From NCBI GenBank assembly GCA_002269645.1, contig NIVC01003262.1, positions 1 to 64,000 of the forward strand: a stretch of DNA of 64,000 bases, in the 5' to 3' direction. The notes under the pieces are model-generated. The model was not told the DNA's origin, did no database searches, and saw only the letters and a list, made by a program, of their open reading frames with translations. This DNA comes from Macrostomum lignano (Eukaryota). This document shows positions 33,575 through 44,560 of this stretch, piece by piece. The position numbers were made by a program, and so were the translations under genes. How positions within the stretch are numbered: the first letter of the stretch is position 1; the number at the start of each line of letters is the position of its first letter.

Positions 33575-36500
33575 TCCGCACTTCCCCGCTCCTTCCGCTC
33601 TTCCCCACTACTTCCGCTCTCCTTCCGCACTTCCCCGCTACTTCCGCTCTTCCCCGCTCCTTCCGCTCTTCCCCGCTCCTTCCGCTCTCCTTCCGCACTT
33701 CCCCGCTCCTTCCACTCTTCCCCACTACTTCCGCTCTCCTTCCGCACTTCCCCGCTACTTCCGCTCTTCCCCGCTCCTTCCGCTCTTCCCCGCTCCTTCC
33801 GCTCTCCTTCCGCACTTCCCCACTCCTTCCGCTCTTCCCCACTACTTCCGCTCTCCTTCCGCACTTCCCCGCTACTTCCGCTCTTCCCCGCTCCTTCCGC
33901 TCTCCTTCCGCTCTTCCCCGCTACTTCCGCTCTTCCCCGCTCCTTCCGCTCTCCTTCCGCACTTCCCCGCTCCTTCCGCTCTTCCCCGCTCCTTCCGCTC
34001 TCTTTCCACACTTCCCCGCTCCTTCCGCTCTCCTTCCGCTCTTCCCCGTTCCTTCCGCTCTCCTTCCGCTCTTCCCCGCTACTTCCGCTCTTCCCCGCTC
34101 CTTCCGCTCTCCTTCCGCACTTCCCCGCTCCTTCCGCTCTTCCCCGCTCCTTCCGCTCTCTTTCCACACTTCCCCGCTCCTTCCGCTCTCCTTCCGCTCT
34201 TCCCCGCTCCTTCCGCTCTCCTTCCGCTCTTCCCCGCTCCTTCCGCTCTCCTTCCGCACTTCTCCGCTCCTTCCGCTCTTCCCCGCTCCTTCCGCTCTCC
34301 TTCCGCACTTCCCCGCTACTTCCGCTCTTCCCCGCTCCTTCCGCTCTCCTTCCGCTCTTCCCCGCTCCTTCCGCTCTTCCCCGCTCCTTCCGCTCTCCTT
34401 CCGCTCTTCCCCGCTCCTTCCGCTCTTCCCCGCTCCTTCCGCTCTTCCCCGCTCCTTCCGCTCTTCCCCGCTCCTTCCGCTCTCATTCCGCACTTCCCCG
34501 CTCCTTCCGCTCTTCCCCGCTCCTTCCGCTCTTCCCGCTCCTTCCGCTCTTCCCGCTCCTTCCGCTCTCCTTCCGCACTTCCCCGCTCCTTCCGCTCTCC
34601 TTCCGCTCTTCCCCGCTCCTTCCGCTCTCCTTCCGCACTTCCCCGCTACTTCCGCTCTTCCCCGCTCCTTCCGCTCTCCTTCCGCTCTTCCCCGCTCCTT
34701 CCGCTCTCCTTCCGCTCTTCCCCGCTCCTTCCACTCTCCTTCCGCACTTCCCCGCTCCTTCCGCTCTTCCCCGCTCCTTCCGCTCTCTTTCCGCACTTCC
34801 CCGCTCCTTCCGCTCTCCTTCCGCTCTTCCCCGCTCCTTCCGCTCTTCCCCACTACTTCCGCTCTCCTTCCGCACTTCCCCGCTACTTCCGCTCTTCCCC
34901 GCTCCTTCCGCTCTCCTTCCGCACTTCCCCGCTACTTCCGCTCTTCCCCGCTCCTTCCGCTCTCCTTCCGCTCTTCCCCGCTCCTTCCGCTCTCCTTCCG
35001 CACTTCCCCGCTCCTTCCGCTCTTCCCCGCTCCTTCCGCTCTTCCCCGCTCCTTCCGCTCTTCCCCGCTCCTTCCGCACTTCCCCGCTCCTTCCGCTCTC
35101 CTTCCGCTCTTCCCCGCTCCTTCCGCTCTTCCCCACTACTTCCGCTCTCCTTCCGCACTTCCCCGCAACTTCCGCTCTTCCCCGCTCCTTCCGCTCTTCC
35201 CGCTCCTTCCGCTCTCCTTCCGCACTTCCCCGCTCCTTCCGCTCTTCCCCACTACTTCCGCTCTCCTTCCGCACTTCTCCGCTACTTCCGCTCTTCCCCG
35301 CTCCTTCCGCTCTTCCCCGCTCCTTCCGCTCTCCTTCCGCACTTCCCCACTCCTTCCGCTCTTCCCCACTACTTCCGCTCTCCTTCCGCACTTCCCCGCT
35401 ACTTCCGCTCTTCCCCGCTCCTTCCGCTCTTCCCCACTACTTCCGCTCTCCTTCCGCACTTCCCCGCTACTTCCGCTCTTCCCCGCACCTTCCGCTCTTC
35501 CCCGCTCCTTCCGCTCTCCTTCCGCTCTTCCCCGCTCCGCTCTTCCCCGCTTTCCGCTCTCCTTCCGCTCTTCCCCGCTACTTCCGCTCTTCCCCGCTCC
35601 TTCCGCTCTCCTTCCGCACTTCCCCGCTCCTTCCGCTCTTCCCGCTCCTTCCGCTCTCTTTCCGCACTTCCCCGCTCCTTCCGCTCTCCTTCCGCTCTTC
35701 CCCGCTCCTTCCGCTCTCCTTCCGCTCTTCCCCGCTCCTTCCGCTCTTCCCCGCTCCTTCCGCTCTTCCCCGCTCTTCCCCGCTCCTTCCGCTCTCCTTC
35801 CGCTCTTCCCCGCTCCTTCCGCTCTCCTTCCGCTCTTCCCCGCTCCTTCCGCTCTTCCCCGCACTTCCGCCTCTTCCGCTCTTCCCCTTCCCCCTCTCCT
35901 TCCGCACTTCCCCGCTACTTCCGCTCTTCCCCGCTCCTTCCGCTCTTCCCGCTCCTTCCGCTCTCCTTCCGCACTTCCCCGCTCCTTCCGCTCTTCCCAC
36001 TACTTCCGCTCTCCTTCCGCACTTCCCCGCTACTTCCGCTCTTCCCCGTCCTTCCGCTCTTCCCCGCTCCTTCCGCTCTCCTTCCGCACTTCCCCTCCTT
36101 CCGCTCTTCCCACTACTTCCGCTCTCCTTCCGCTCTTCCCGCTCCTTCCGCTCTTCCCCGCCTTCCGCTCTCCCCGCTCTTCCGCTCTCCTTCCGCACTT
36201 CTCCGCTCCTTCCGCTTTTCCCCGCTCCTTCCGCTCTCCTTCCGCACTTCCCCGCTACTCCGCTCTTCCCGCTCCTTCCGCTCTCCTTCCGCACTTCCCC
36301 GCTCCTTCCGCTCTTCCCCGCTCCTTCCGCTCTCCTTCCGCTCTTCCCCGCTCCTTCCGCTCTTCCCCGCTTTTTCCGCTCTTCCCCGCTCCTTCCGCTC
36401 TTCCCCGTTCCTTCCGCTCTTCCCCGCTCCTTCCGCTCTCATTCCGCACTTCCCCGCTCCTTCCGCTCTTCCCCGCTCCTTCCGCTCTTCCCGCTCCTTC

Positions 36501-39500
36501 CGCTCTCCTTCCGCACTTCCCCGCTCCTTCCGCTCTCCTTCCGCTCTTCCCCGCTCCTTCCGCACTCCTTCCGCACTTCCCCGCTACTTCCGCTCTTCCC
36601 CGCTCCTTCCGCTCTCCTTCCGCTCTTCCCCGCTCCTTCCGCTCTCCTTCCGCTCTTCCCCGCTCCTTCCACTCTCCTTCGCACTTCCCCGCTCCTTCCG
36701 CTCTTCCCCGCTCCTTCCGCTCTCTTTCCGCACTTCCCCGCTCCTTCCGCTCTCCTTCCGCTCTTCCCCGCTCCTTCCGCTCTTCCCCACTACTTCCGCT
36801 CTCCTTCCGCACTTCCCCGCTACTTCCGCTCTTCCCCGCTCCTTCCGCTCTCCTTCCGCACTTCCCCGCTACTTCCGCTCTTCCCCGCTCCTTCCGCTCT
36901 CCTTCCGCTCCTTCCGCTCTCCTTCCGCTCTTCCCCGCTCCTTCCGCTCTTCCCCGCTCCTTCCGCTCTTCCCCGCTCCTTCCGCACTTCCCCGCTCCTT
37001 CCACTCTCCTTCCGCTCTTCCCCGCTCCTTCCGCTCTTCCCCACTACTTCCGCTCTCCTTCCGCACTTCCCCGCTACTTCCGCTCTTCCCCGCTCCTTCC
37101 GCTCTTCCCGCTCCTTCCGCTCTCCTTCCGCACTTCCCCGCTCCTTCCGCTCTTCCCCACTACTTCCGCTCTCCTTCCGCACTTCCCCGCTACTTCCGCT
37201 CTTCCCCGCTCCTTCCGCTCTTCCCCGCTCCTTCCGCTCTCCTTCCGCACTTCCCCACTCCTTCCGCTCTTCCCCACTACTTCCGCTCTCCTTCCGCACT
37301 TCCCGCTACTTCCGCTCTTCCCGCTCCTTCCGCTCTTCCCCGCTCCTTCCGCTCTCCTTCCGCTCTTCCCCGCTCCTTCCGCTCTCCTTCCGCTCTTCCC
37401 CGCTACTTCCGCTCTTCCCCGCTCCTTCCGCTCTCCTTCCGCACTTCCCCGCTCCTTCCGCTCTTCCCCGCTCCTTCCGCTCTCTTTCCGCACTTCCCCG
37501 CTCCTTCCGCTCTCCTTCCGCTCTTCCCCGCTCCTTCCGCTCTCCTTCCGCTCTTCCCGCTCCTTCCGCTCTTCCCCGCTCCTTCCGCTCTTCCCGCTCC
37601 TTCCGCTCTTCCCCGCTCCTTCCGCTCTTCCCGCTCCTTCCGCTCTCCTTCCGCTCTTCCCGCTCCTTCCGCTCTCCTTCCGCACTTCCCCGCTCCTTCC
37701 GCTCTTCCACTACTTCCGCTCTCCTTCCGCACTTCCCCGCTACTTCCGCTCTTCCCCGCTCCTTCCGCTCTTCCCCGCTCCTTCCGCTCTCCTTCCGCAC
37801 TTCCCCGCTCCTTCCGCTCTTCCCCACTACTTCCGCTCTCCTTCCGCACTTCCCCGCTACTTCCGCTCTTCCCCGCTCCTTCCGCTCTTCCCCGCTCCTT
37901 CCGCTCTCCTTCCGCACTTCCCCACTCCTTCCGCTCTTCCCCACTACTTCCGCTCTCCTTCCGCTCTTCCCCGCTCCTTCCGCTCTTCCCCGCTCCTTCC
38001 GCTCTTCCCCGCTCCTTCCGCTCTCCTTCCGCACTTCTCCGCTCCTTCCGCTTTTCCCCGCTCCTTCCGCTCTCCTTCCGCACTTCCCCGCTACTTCCGC
38101 TCTTCCCCGCTCCTTCCGCTCTCCTTCCGCACTTCCCCGCTCCTTCCGCTCTTCCCCGCTCCTTCCGCTCTCCTTCCGCTCTTCCCCGCTCCTTCCGCTC
38201 TTCCCCGCTTTTTCCGCTCTTCCCCGCTCCTTCCGCTCTTCCCCGTTCCTTCCGCTCTTCCCCGCTCCTTCCGCTCTCATTCCGCACTTCCCCGCTCCTT
38301 CCGCTCTTCCCCGCTCCTTCCGCTCTTCCCGCTCCTTCCGCTCTCCTTCCGCACTTCCCCGCTCCTTCCGCTCTCCTTTCCGCTCTCCCCGCTCCTTCCG
38401 CACTCCTTCCGCACTTCCCCGCTACTTCCGCTCTTCCCCGCTCCTTCCGCTCTCCTTCCGCTCTTCCCCCTCCTTCCGCTCTCCTTCCGCTCTTCCCCGC
38501 TCCTTCCACTCTCCTTCCGCACTTCCCCGCTCCTTCCGCTCTTCCCCGCTCCTTCCGCTCTCTTCCGCACTTCCCGCTCTTCCGCTCTCCTTTCCGCTCT
38601 TCCCCGCTCCTTCCGCTCTTCCCCTACTTCCGCTCTCCTTCCGCACTTCCCGCGCTACTTCCGCTCTTCCCCGCTCCTTCCGCTCTCCTTCCGCACTTCC
38701 CCGCTACTTCCGCTCTTCCCCGCTCCTTCCGCTCTCCTTCCGCTCCTTCCGCTCTCCTTCCGCTCTTCCCCGCTCCTTCCGCTCTTCCCCGCTCCTTCCG
38801 CTCTTCCCCGCTCCTTCCGCACTTCCCCGCTCCTTCCACTCTCCTTCCGCTCTTCCCCGCTCCTTCCGCTCTTCCCCACTACTTCCGCTCTCCTTCCGCA
38901 CTTCCCCGCTACTTCCGCTCTTCCCCGCTCCTTCCGCTCTTCCCGCTCCTTCCGCTCTCCTTCCGCACTTCCCCGCTCCTTCCGCTCTCCCCACTACTTC
39001 CGCTCTCCTTCCGCACTTCCCCGCTACTTCCGCTCTTCCCCGCTCCTTCCGCTCTTCCCCGCTCCTTCCGCTCTCCTTCCGCACTTCCCACTCCTTCCGC
39101 TCTTCCCCACTACTTCCGCTCTCCTTCCGCACTTCCCCGCTACTTCCGCTCTTCCCCGCTCCTTCCGCTCTTCCCCACTACTTCCGCTCTCCTTCCGCAC
39201 TTCCCCGCTACTTCCGCTCTTCCCCGCTCCTTCCGCTCTTCCCCGCTCCTTCCGCTCTCCTTCCGCTCTTCCCCGCTCCTTCCGCTCTCCTTCGCGCTCT
39301 TCCCCGCTACTTCCGCTCTTCCCCGCTCCTTCCGCTCTCCTTCCGCACTTCCCCGCTCCTTCCGCTCTTCCCCGCTCCTTCCGCTCTCTTTCCGCTCTTC
39401 CCCGCTCCTTCCGCTCTCCTTCCGCTCTTCCCCGCTCCTTCCGCTCTCCTTCCGCTCTTCCCCGCTCCTTCCGCTCTTCCCCGCTCCTTCCGCTCTTCCC

Positions 39501-40088
39501 CGCTCCTTCCGCTCTTCCCCGCTCCTTCCGCTCTTCCCCGCTCCTTCCGCTCTCCTTCCGCTCTTCCTCGCTCCTTCCGCTCTCCTTCCGCACTTCCCCG
39601 CTCCTTCCGCTCTTCCCCACTACTTCCGCTCTCCTTCCGCACTTCCCCGCTACTTCCGCTCTTCCCCGCTCCTTCCGCTCTTCCCCGCTCCTTCCGCTCT
39701 CCTTCCGCTCTTCCCCGCTCCTTCCGCTCTCCTTCCGCTCTTCCCCGCTACTTCCGCTCTTCCCCGCTCCTTCCGCTCTCCTTCCGCACTTCCCCGCTCC
39801 TTCCGCTCTTCCCCGCTCCTTCCGCTCTCTTTCCGCACTTCCCCGCTCCTTCCGCTCTCCTTCCGCTCTTCCCCGCTCCTTCCGCTCTCCTTCCGCTCTT
39901 CCCCGCTCCTTCCGCTCTTCCCCGCTCCTTCCGCTCTTCCCCGCTCCTTCCGCTCTCCTTCCGCTCTTCCCCGCTCCTTCCGCACTTCCCCGCTCCTTCC
40001 GCTCTCCTTCCGCTCTTCCCCGCTCCTTCCGCTCTTCCCCACTACTTCCGCTCTCCTTCCGCACTTCCCCGCTACTTCCGCTCTTCCC
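33575..40088. repeat. 6.5-kb pyrimidine-rich complex satellite built from TTCCGCTC / TTCCCCGCTCC modules
   Basis: Direct inspection; strong strand asymmetry, with no stop codons in the 33258 reading frame across the array. Confidence 0.95.
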
Positions 40089-40446
40089 TGAGGTGCCGGG
40101 CGTGTTTTGATGTACTGCACTGCACCTGACTCACCTGAGTCCAATTATGAGTAACTCTAACTAGCCAGCCAGCCTAACTAACCAAACCGGCCTACTCCGG
40201 TGTACGCTGCTCTGCGTACTTTTTCTCTCTCTCCCCCTTGACATGATAATATTCAGTAGTGATCGATTCTGAGTTTTAAGCCCACTTACTTGTTGTCTTT
40301 TAAGCCTATATATTGGTCTCGCCACCTACCACCTCGTATCTCACAATCATTGCAATAATTCGCTCATCTCAAATACACAACTTCGTACTTGACTCAAACC
40401 AAGCCCACGGGCGGCCTTGTCATCGTTTACTGGGCGCGACTTGACA

Positions 40447-41643
40447 ATGGCGTCGCAAGCAAACAACTCCGAACTAAACTTGGATGACCCAGACACAGCC
40501 GAAGCCTGGCTGCTCAGCTTTGCGGCTGCCGCACGAACCAAGAAACTGACGGACACAGAAGAAGATCGGCAGATCACCGATCTATTCCTCGCCAGGGCAG
40601 GTCTCAAGGCACTGAGAACGCTGTCCCTCATGGCTGCCCCGACCAGCCTGGAGAAAAAAACATTTGAACAAATTCGAGACATCATCAAGGAGACAATCCG
40701 GCCCAAGAAGCGCCTCGATATTGCTGAACGAGCAAAATTCCTCGCCCTCAGGCAGGACCCAAGCGAAAGTGTCGCCTCCTACTACCGCCGACTCCGTGCA
40801 GCAGCGGCTACGTGTAGCTTTGAGAAGCTCGGGACGAAACAGTCAAGCGAGGACGAGCTCATCACCATGCGGCTCGTGGACGGACTCGCCTCTGTGGACC
40901 ACAAACATAGACTGTTGGAGAGAATGCAAGCTACCGACATCCTGCTGAACGAGGTGCTGCAAACACTTGAGCAACTTGAGCAAATCCGCTGCTACAACAC
41001 CAGCACCGGGGCCGCTGCCAACACCGAGGCCAGCATCGCCTATGCAGGGCGGCGCGGCACGCCCCCACAGCCAGCGCCGGACACCAGACCACCGAGGAAC
41101 ATCAGCAAGACGAAGTGCCAATATTGCGGCGGTTTGCACCAGCAAGGCGCATGCCCTGCGTTCGGCAAGCGGTGCACCGCCTGCAACAAGAAAAACCACT
41201 TCGCTGCCGTATGCAGGTCCCGCACCGTGCATCTAGAGACCTGGGAGGAGAACGAAGGCGCCGAGATGGAGCGAGATACTGCCAACGTCTTCGTCATCAG
41301 ACCGAAGCGCAGAGAGCGGAACGGCATCTTCCGGCAGGTAAAAATCAACGGCAAGGAGCTGCAAATGCAGGTAGATACGGGCGCTGATGTGAGTCTCATT
41401 CCACGGGGCCACTGGGAGACACTTGGATGCCCAGCACTGAGGAAATCCAGACGAATTCTGAGACAGTTCGACGGATCGATCATAAGAACCCTGGGAGAGT
41501 TCACTGCCACGTGGGATGACCAAGAAAAGTTCCGCACAGTCGACTTGGTGGTCACAGCAGCGCGCAAGTCACATGGACTGCTGGGTCTTGACAATCTGGA
41601 TTGGAACCCGAAGGCCAGGCAGCCAGTGCTCAGGATTCCGTAG
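40447..41643 (+). CDS. Gypsy (Mag-type) gag-protease
   Basis: ATG 40447; AERAKFLALRQDPSESVASYYRRL (gag core); two Cys/His knuckles CQYCGGLHQQGAC and CTACNKKNHFAAVC; aspartic protease MQVDTGADVSLI. Confidence 0.88.
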   Translation: MASQANNSELNLDDPDTAEAWLLSFAAAARTKKLTDTEEDRQITDLFLARAGLKALRTLSLMAAPTSLEKKTFEQIRDIIKETIRPKKRLDIAERAKFLALRQDPSESVASYYRRLRAAAATCSFEKLGTKQSSEDELITMRLVDGLASVDHKHRLLERMQATDILLNEVLQTLEQLEQIRCYNTSTGAAANTEASIAYAGRRGTPPQPAPDTRPPRNISKTKCQYCGGLHQQGACPAFGKRCTACNKKNHFAAVCRSRTVHLETWEENEGAEMERDTANVFVIRPKRRERNGIFRQVKINGKELQMQVDTGADVSLIPRGHWETLGCPALRKSRRILRQFDGSIIRTLGEFTATWDDQEKFRTVDLVVTAARKSHGLLGLDNLDWNPKARQPVLRIP

Positions 41644-44090
41644 TTCAACATCTCGATTGTCTGAAAGGCTTCCAGGCCAGGATCAAGCTGATTGAGGGTG
41701 CCAAGCCTTTCTACTGCGCAGCCAGAGCAGTGCCGCTGCACCTGCGTGACCGCGTCAATCAGGAGCTAAAGCGTCTCGTGACTGAGGGCATCATCGAGCC
41801 GGTGACGGAGGGCGGCAGCGAATGGGCGTCCCCGATCGTCTGCGTCCTAAAACCTAATGGCAATGTCAGAATTTGCGCCGACTACAAAGCGGGGGTCAAC
41901 CATCAGGTGTGCGGGGACACCTACCCCATGCCAACCGTCGAAACGATCTTCTCGGACGTTGCCGGAATGACTGACTTTGCCACTCTCGACCTATCTGACG
42001 CCTACTTACAGATCGAGCTCGAGGAGAAGAGCAGGGAGGTCACCACGATTGCAACTCCTTTAGGGCTGTTCCGCTACACCCGACTAGTGCCTGGCCTCAA
42101 GTCAGCATCCGCCATCTTTCAAAAGGCAATGGAGACCACCCTCGAGGACGTAAGCGGCAAGGTCATTTATCAAGACGACATCCTTATCGGAGGTCAATCT
42201 GCCGAGGGTCTCAAGGCCAAAGTTGATGAAGTAATCAAGACCCTACAGGCGGCCGGCATGAATATAAATCTCGCCAAATCCAACCTGGGGGCCAAGACAG
42301 TCAAGTTCCTGGGCTACAGAATCAGCGCAGACGGAATCTCGCCAGACCCCGGCCTGGTCAGCAAAATCATGGAGATCTCCGCGCCACGCGACCGTCGCCA
42401 GTTAGAGTCGTTCCTTGGTCTCTGCAATTTCTTCGGAAGGTTTGTCAACAACTATGCGCACGTTGTCGAGCCTTTGAACCAGCTGCGCAAGAAGGGAGCG
42501 GAGTTTGTGTGGGGAGCTGCGCAAGAAGCGGCCTTCCACCAGCTGAAGAAGCTGCTGAGCTCCGGCCCGATCATCCAGCCTTATGACCGAGCCAAAGAGA
42601 CAACGCTGACGACAGACGCCAGTGAAAAGGCGGTGGCCGCCGTGCTCACGCAGGAAGGGCACCCCGTCATCTACTTCAGCCGGCGATTGACACAGGCGGA
42701 GGCGCGCTACTCCAACATCGAGCGGGAGGCTCTGGCGATTGTTTGGGCGATGGAGAGGGCTCGACAGTTCCTTCTAGGCAAGCGTTTCACACTGCGAAGG
42801 GACCACCGCCCTCTAGAGTTCCTGTTTGGAACAAGACAACAACTCCCCAAGGTCGCCAACGCTCGACTGCTTCGCTGGGCCATCCGCCTCATGGGGTTCG
42901 ACTTCGCAATTGAGTACGTCCGAGGAGCCCAAATTCCGCACGCCGATGCGCTCTCCCGGCTCGACTTTGCCGACGTTCCGGACGACCAGGCTGAAGCTGC
43001 GACTCACCACCACCACCTGGTGCATTGGGCTGGTGAAAGCGTCATTGGTTGGAATGAGCTAGCAGAGGAGACAAAACGTGACAGGCTGCTAGCAGATGTC
43101 ATGCGCAGGATAGCCGGAAATCGCTGGTCGGGCTGCTCCCCTGCAGAGCGGCCCTTCAAGGCAATTCGTCACGCGCTTACAATAGACGACTCGGTAGTGT
43201 GCTACGGAGACCGGCCAGTCATTCCCTCGTCTTTGCGAAGCCGCGTCCTGGAGTTGGTACACAGCGGGGCGCACCCCGGTGCCTCGAGCACACGAGCGCT
43301 GGTCCGCAACTCCGTCTGGTGGCCAGGCTACTGCGGCGACGTGGAAGGATTCGTCCGTGCCTGCCACACCTGCGCCAAGCAACGCCAAAGCGGCCACAGC
43401 AGCGTCCATCAATGGCCGGCCGACTCTGAACCCTGGGGACGCGTCCACATGGACCACGCTCACGTCCCAAAGGTCGGGCTCCTGCTGGTCCTGGTCGACG
43501 CCATGTCCGCCTGGCCGGAGGCCGTCCGAGTGCCGGACAAGAGCGCCGCGACCGTCAGGAAGGTCCTCCAGGAGGTCTTCGCCCGCAATGGAGTTCCCCG
43601 AACCCTGGTGAGTGACAATGCTGCTGAATTTCATGATGAAGGGTTGGTGAGTTGGCTGAGCAGAATTGGCTGCCGCGCTGTGAAAACTCCGCCATACCAC
43701 CCCCAGTCGAACGGGCTGGCTGAGCCAAAGTACCCCTTCGCCTTCGCCATGAAGAATCAGCGCGCCAAGATAATAATAACTCTCCAACAAGAGCAAGTCT
43801 TCCCGATCACCGGAATCTCAGCATGTATCCATTCGGACCAAGGCAAACAGTTCACAGGGCACGAGTTTCGACATTTCTGCGAAGTCTATGGCATTCAACA
43901 AACCACGACGCCGCCATACTCGCCCTGGGCTAACGGACAAGCGGAATCGTGCAACAAAAACATCAAGAAGGTGCTCACTTGTCTCCTTGAAGATCATCAG
44001 CAATGGGACAAGATGCTGCCAGCCGCTCTGACAGCCTTAAGATCAGATGTCAACCCTCTGGTAAATAAACCAGATAACACCACCAGATAA
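41601..44090 (+). CDS. Gypsy pol (RT, RNase H, integrase), with a second integrase core fused in frame from about 43725
   Basis: LDLSDAYLQ and YQDD (RT); LTTDASEKAVAAVL and YSNIEREALAIVW (RNase H); H..HPG..WWP..CHTC zinc finger; WGRVHMDH, LVSDNAAEF, TPPYHPQSNGLAE; then a second IHSDQGKQF...TPPYSPWANGQAE. Domain order PR-RT-RH-IN indicates Ty3/Gypsy. Confidence 0.92.
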   Translation: MEPEGQAASAQDSVVQHLDCLKGFQARIKLIEGAKPFYCAARAVPLHLRDRVNQELKRLVTEGIIEPVTEGGSEWASPIVCVLKPNGNVRICADYKAGVNHQVCGDTYPMPTVETIFSDVAGMTDFATLDLSDAYLQIELEEKSREVTTIATPLGLFRYTRLVPGLKSASAIFQKAMETTLEDVSGKVIYQDDILIGGQSAEGLKAKVDEVIKTLQAAGMNINLAKSNLGAKTVKFLGYRISADGISPDPGLVSKIMEISAPRDRRQLESFLGLCNFFGRFVNNYAHVVEPLNQLRKKGAEFVWGAAQEAAFHQLKKLLSSGPIIQPYDRAKETTLTTDASEKAVAAVLTQEGHPVIYFSRRLTQAEARYSNIEREALAIVWAMERARQFLLGKRFTLRRDHRPLEFLFGTRQQLPKVANARLLRWAIRLMGFDFAIEYVRGAQIPHADALSRLDFADVPDDQAEAATHHHHLVHWAGESVIGWNELAEETKRDRLLADVMRRIAGNRWSGCSPAERPFKAIRHALTIDDSVVCYGDRPVIPSSLRSRVLELVHSGAHPGASSTRALVRNSVWWPGYCGDVEGFVRACHTCAKQRQSGHSSVHQWPADSEPWGRVHMDHAHVPKVGLLLVLVDAMSAWPEAVRVPDKSAATVRKVLQEVFARNGVPRTLVSDNAAEFHDEGLVSWLSRIGCRAVKTPPYHPQSNGLAEPKYPFAFAMKNQRAKIIITLQQEQVFPITGISACIHSDQGKQFTGHEFRHFCEVYGIQQTTTPPYSPWANGQAESCNKNIKKVLTCLLEDHQQWDKMLPAALTALRSDVNPLVNKPDNTTR

Positions 44091-44560
44091 TTTGCGAATC
44101 TTGTCAGATTCACTACCGATTTCATTGTTGGAGGTGCGAAACTGGTGAAGCCACCAGATTCGTCACCAGGTAATTTTAGTGTTATCTGGTTTGACTGTTA
44201 TCTGGTGAGTTATCTGAATTTCACCAGATAACATGGCCTGAATCTTGCCTAGAAATCAGATTACATGACAAGATTCGCCAGCAGATAATTTTTGTTTTCT
44301 TGTTTGACTGTTATCTGGTGAGTTTTCTGAATTTTACAGGATAATATGGCGCGAATCTTGTTTGAAAAACAGATAACAGTACCATATTTGCCACCAGATA
44401 ATTCTATGTTATCTTGTTTGATTGAATCTTGTTTGAATCGGAATTTCGCAGGATAACTTGGCGCGAATCTTGTTTGAAAATCAGATAATGGAAAAAGATT
44501 TCAATCAGGATAACTGTGTGTTATATGGTCTGTAAGAAACCTGTTTGAATCTGAGCAAAT
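44061..44560. repeat. Cluster of direct and inverted CCAGATAA / TTATCTGG / GCGAATCTTG motifs in ~110-bp subunits; probable transposon end (CMC/EnSpm-like subterminal repeats)
   Basis: Begins CCCTCTGGTAAATAAACCAGATAAC exactly where Gypsy homology stops; similar subunits near 44217, 44327 and 44440. The matching opposite end was not found. Confidence 0.45.

Noticed and set aside
33258-40091. 2277-aa ORF and the many R/E/G/K-rich antisense ORFs
   Set aside because: Open only because the C/T-rich satellite lacks stop codons in that frame; a splice donor at 33531 separates the real coding part from the repeat.
40100-40446. 5' LTR of the Gypsy element
   Set aside because: No matching terminal inverted repeat and no second LTR in the window, so boundaries cannot be supported.
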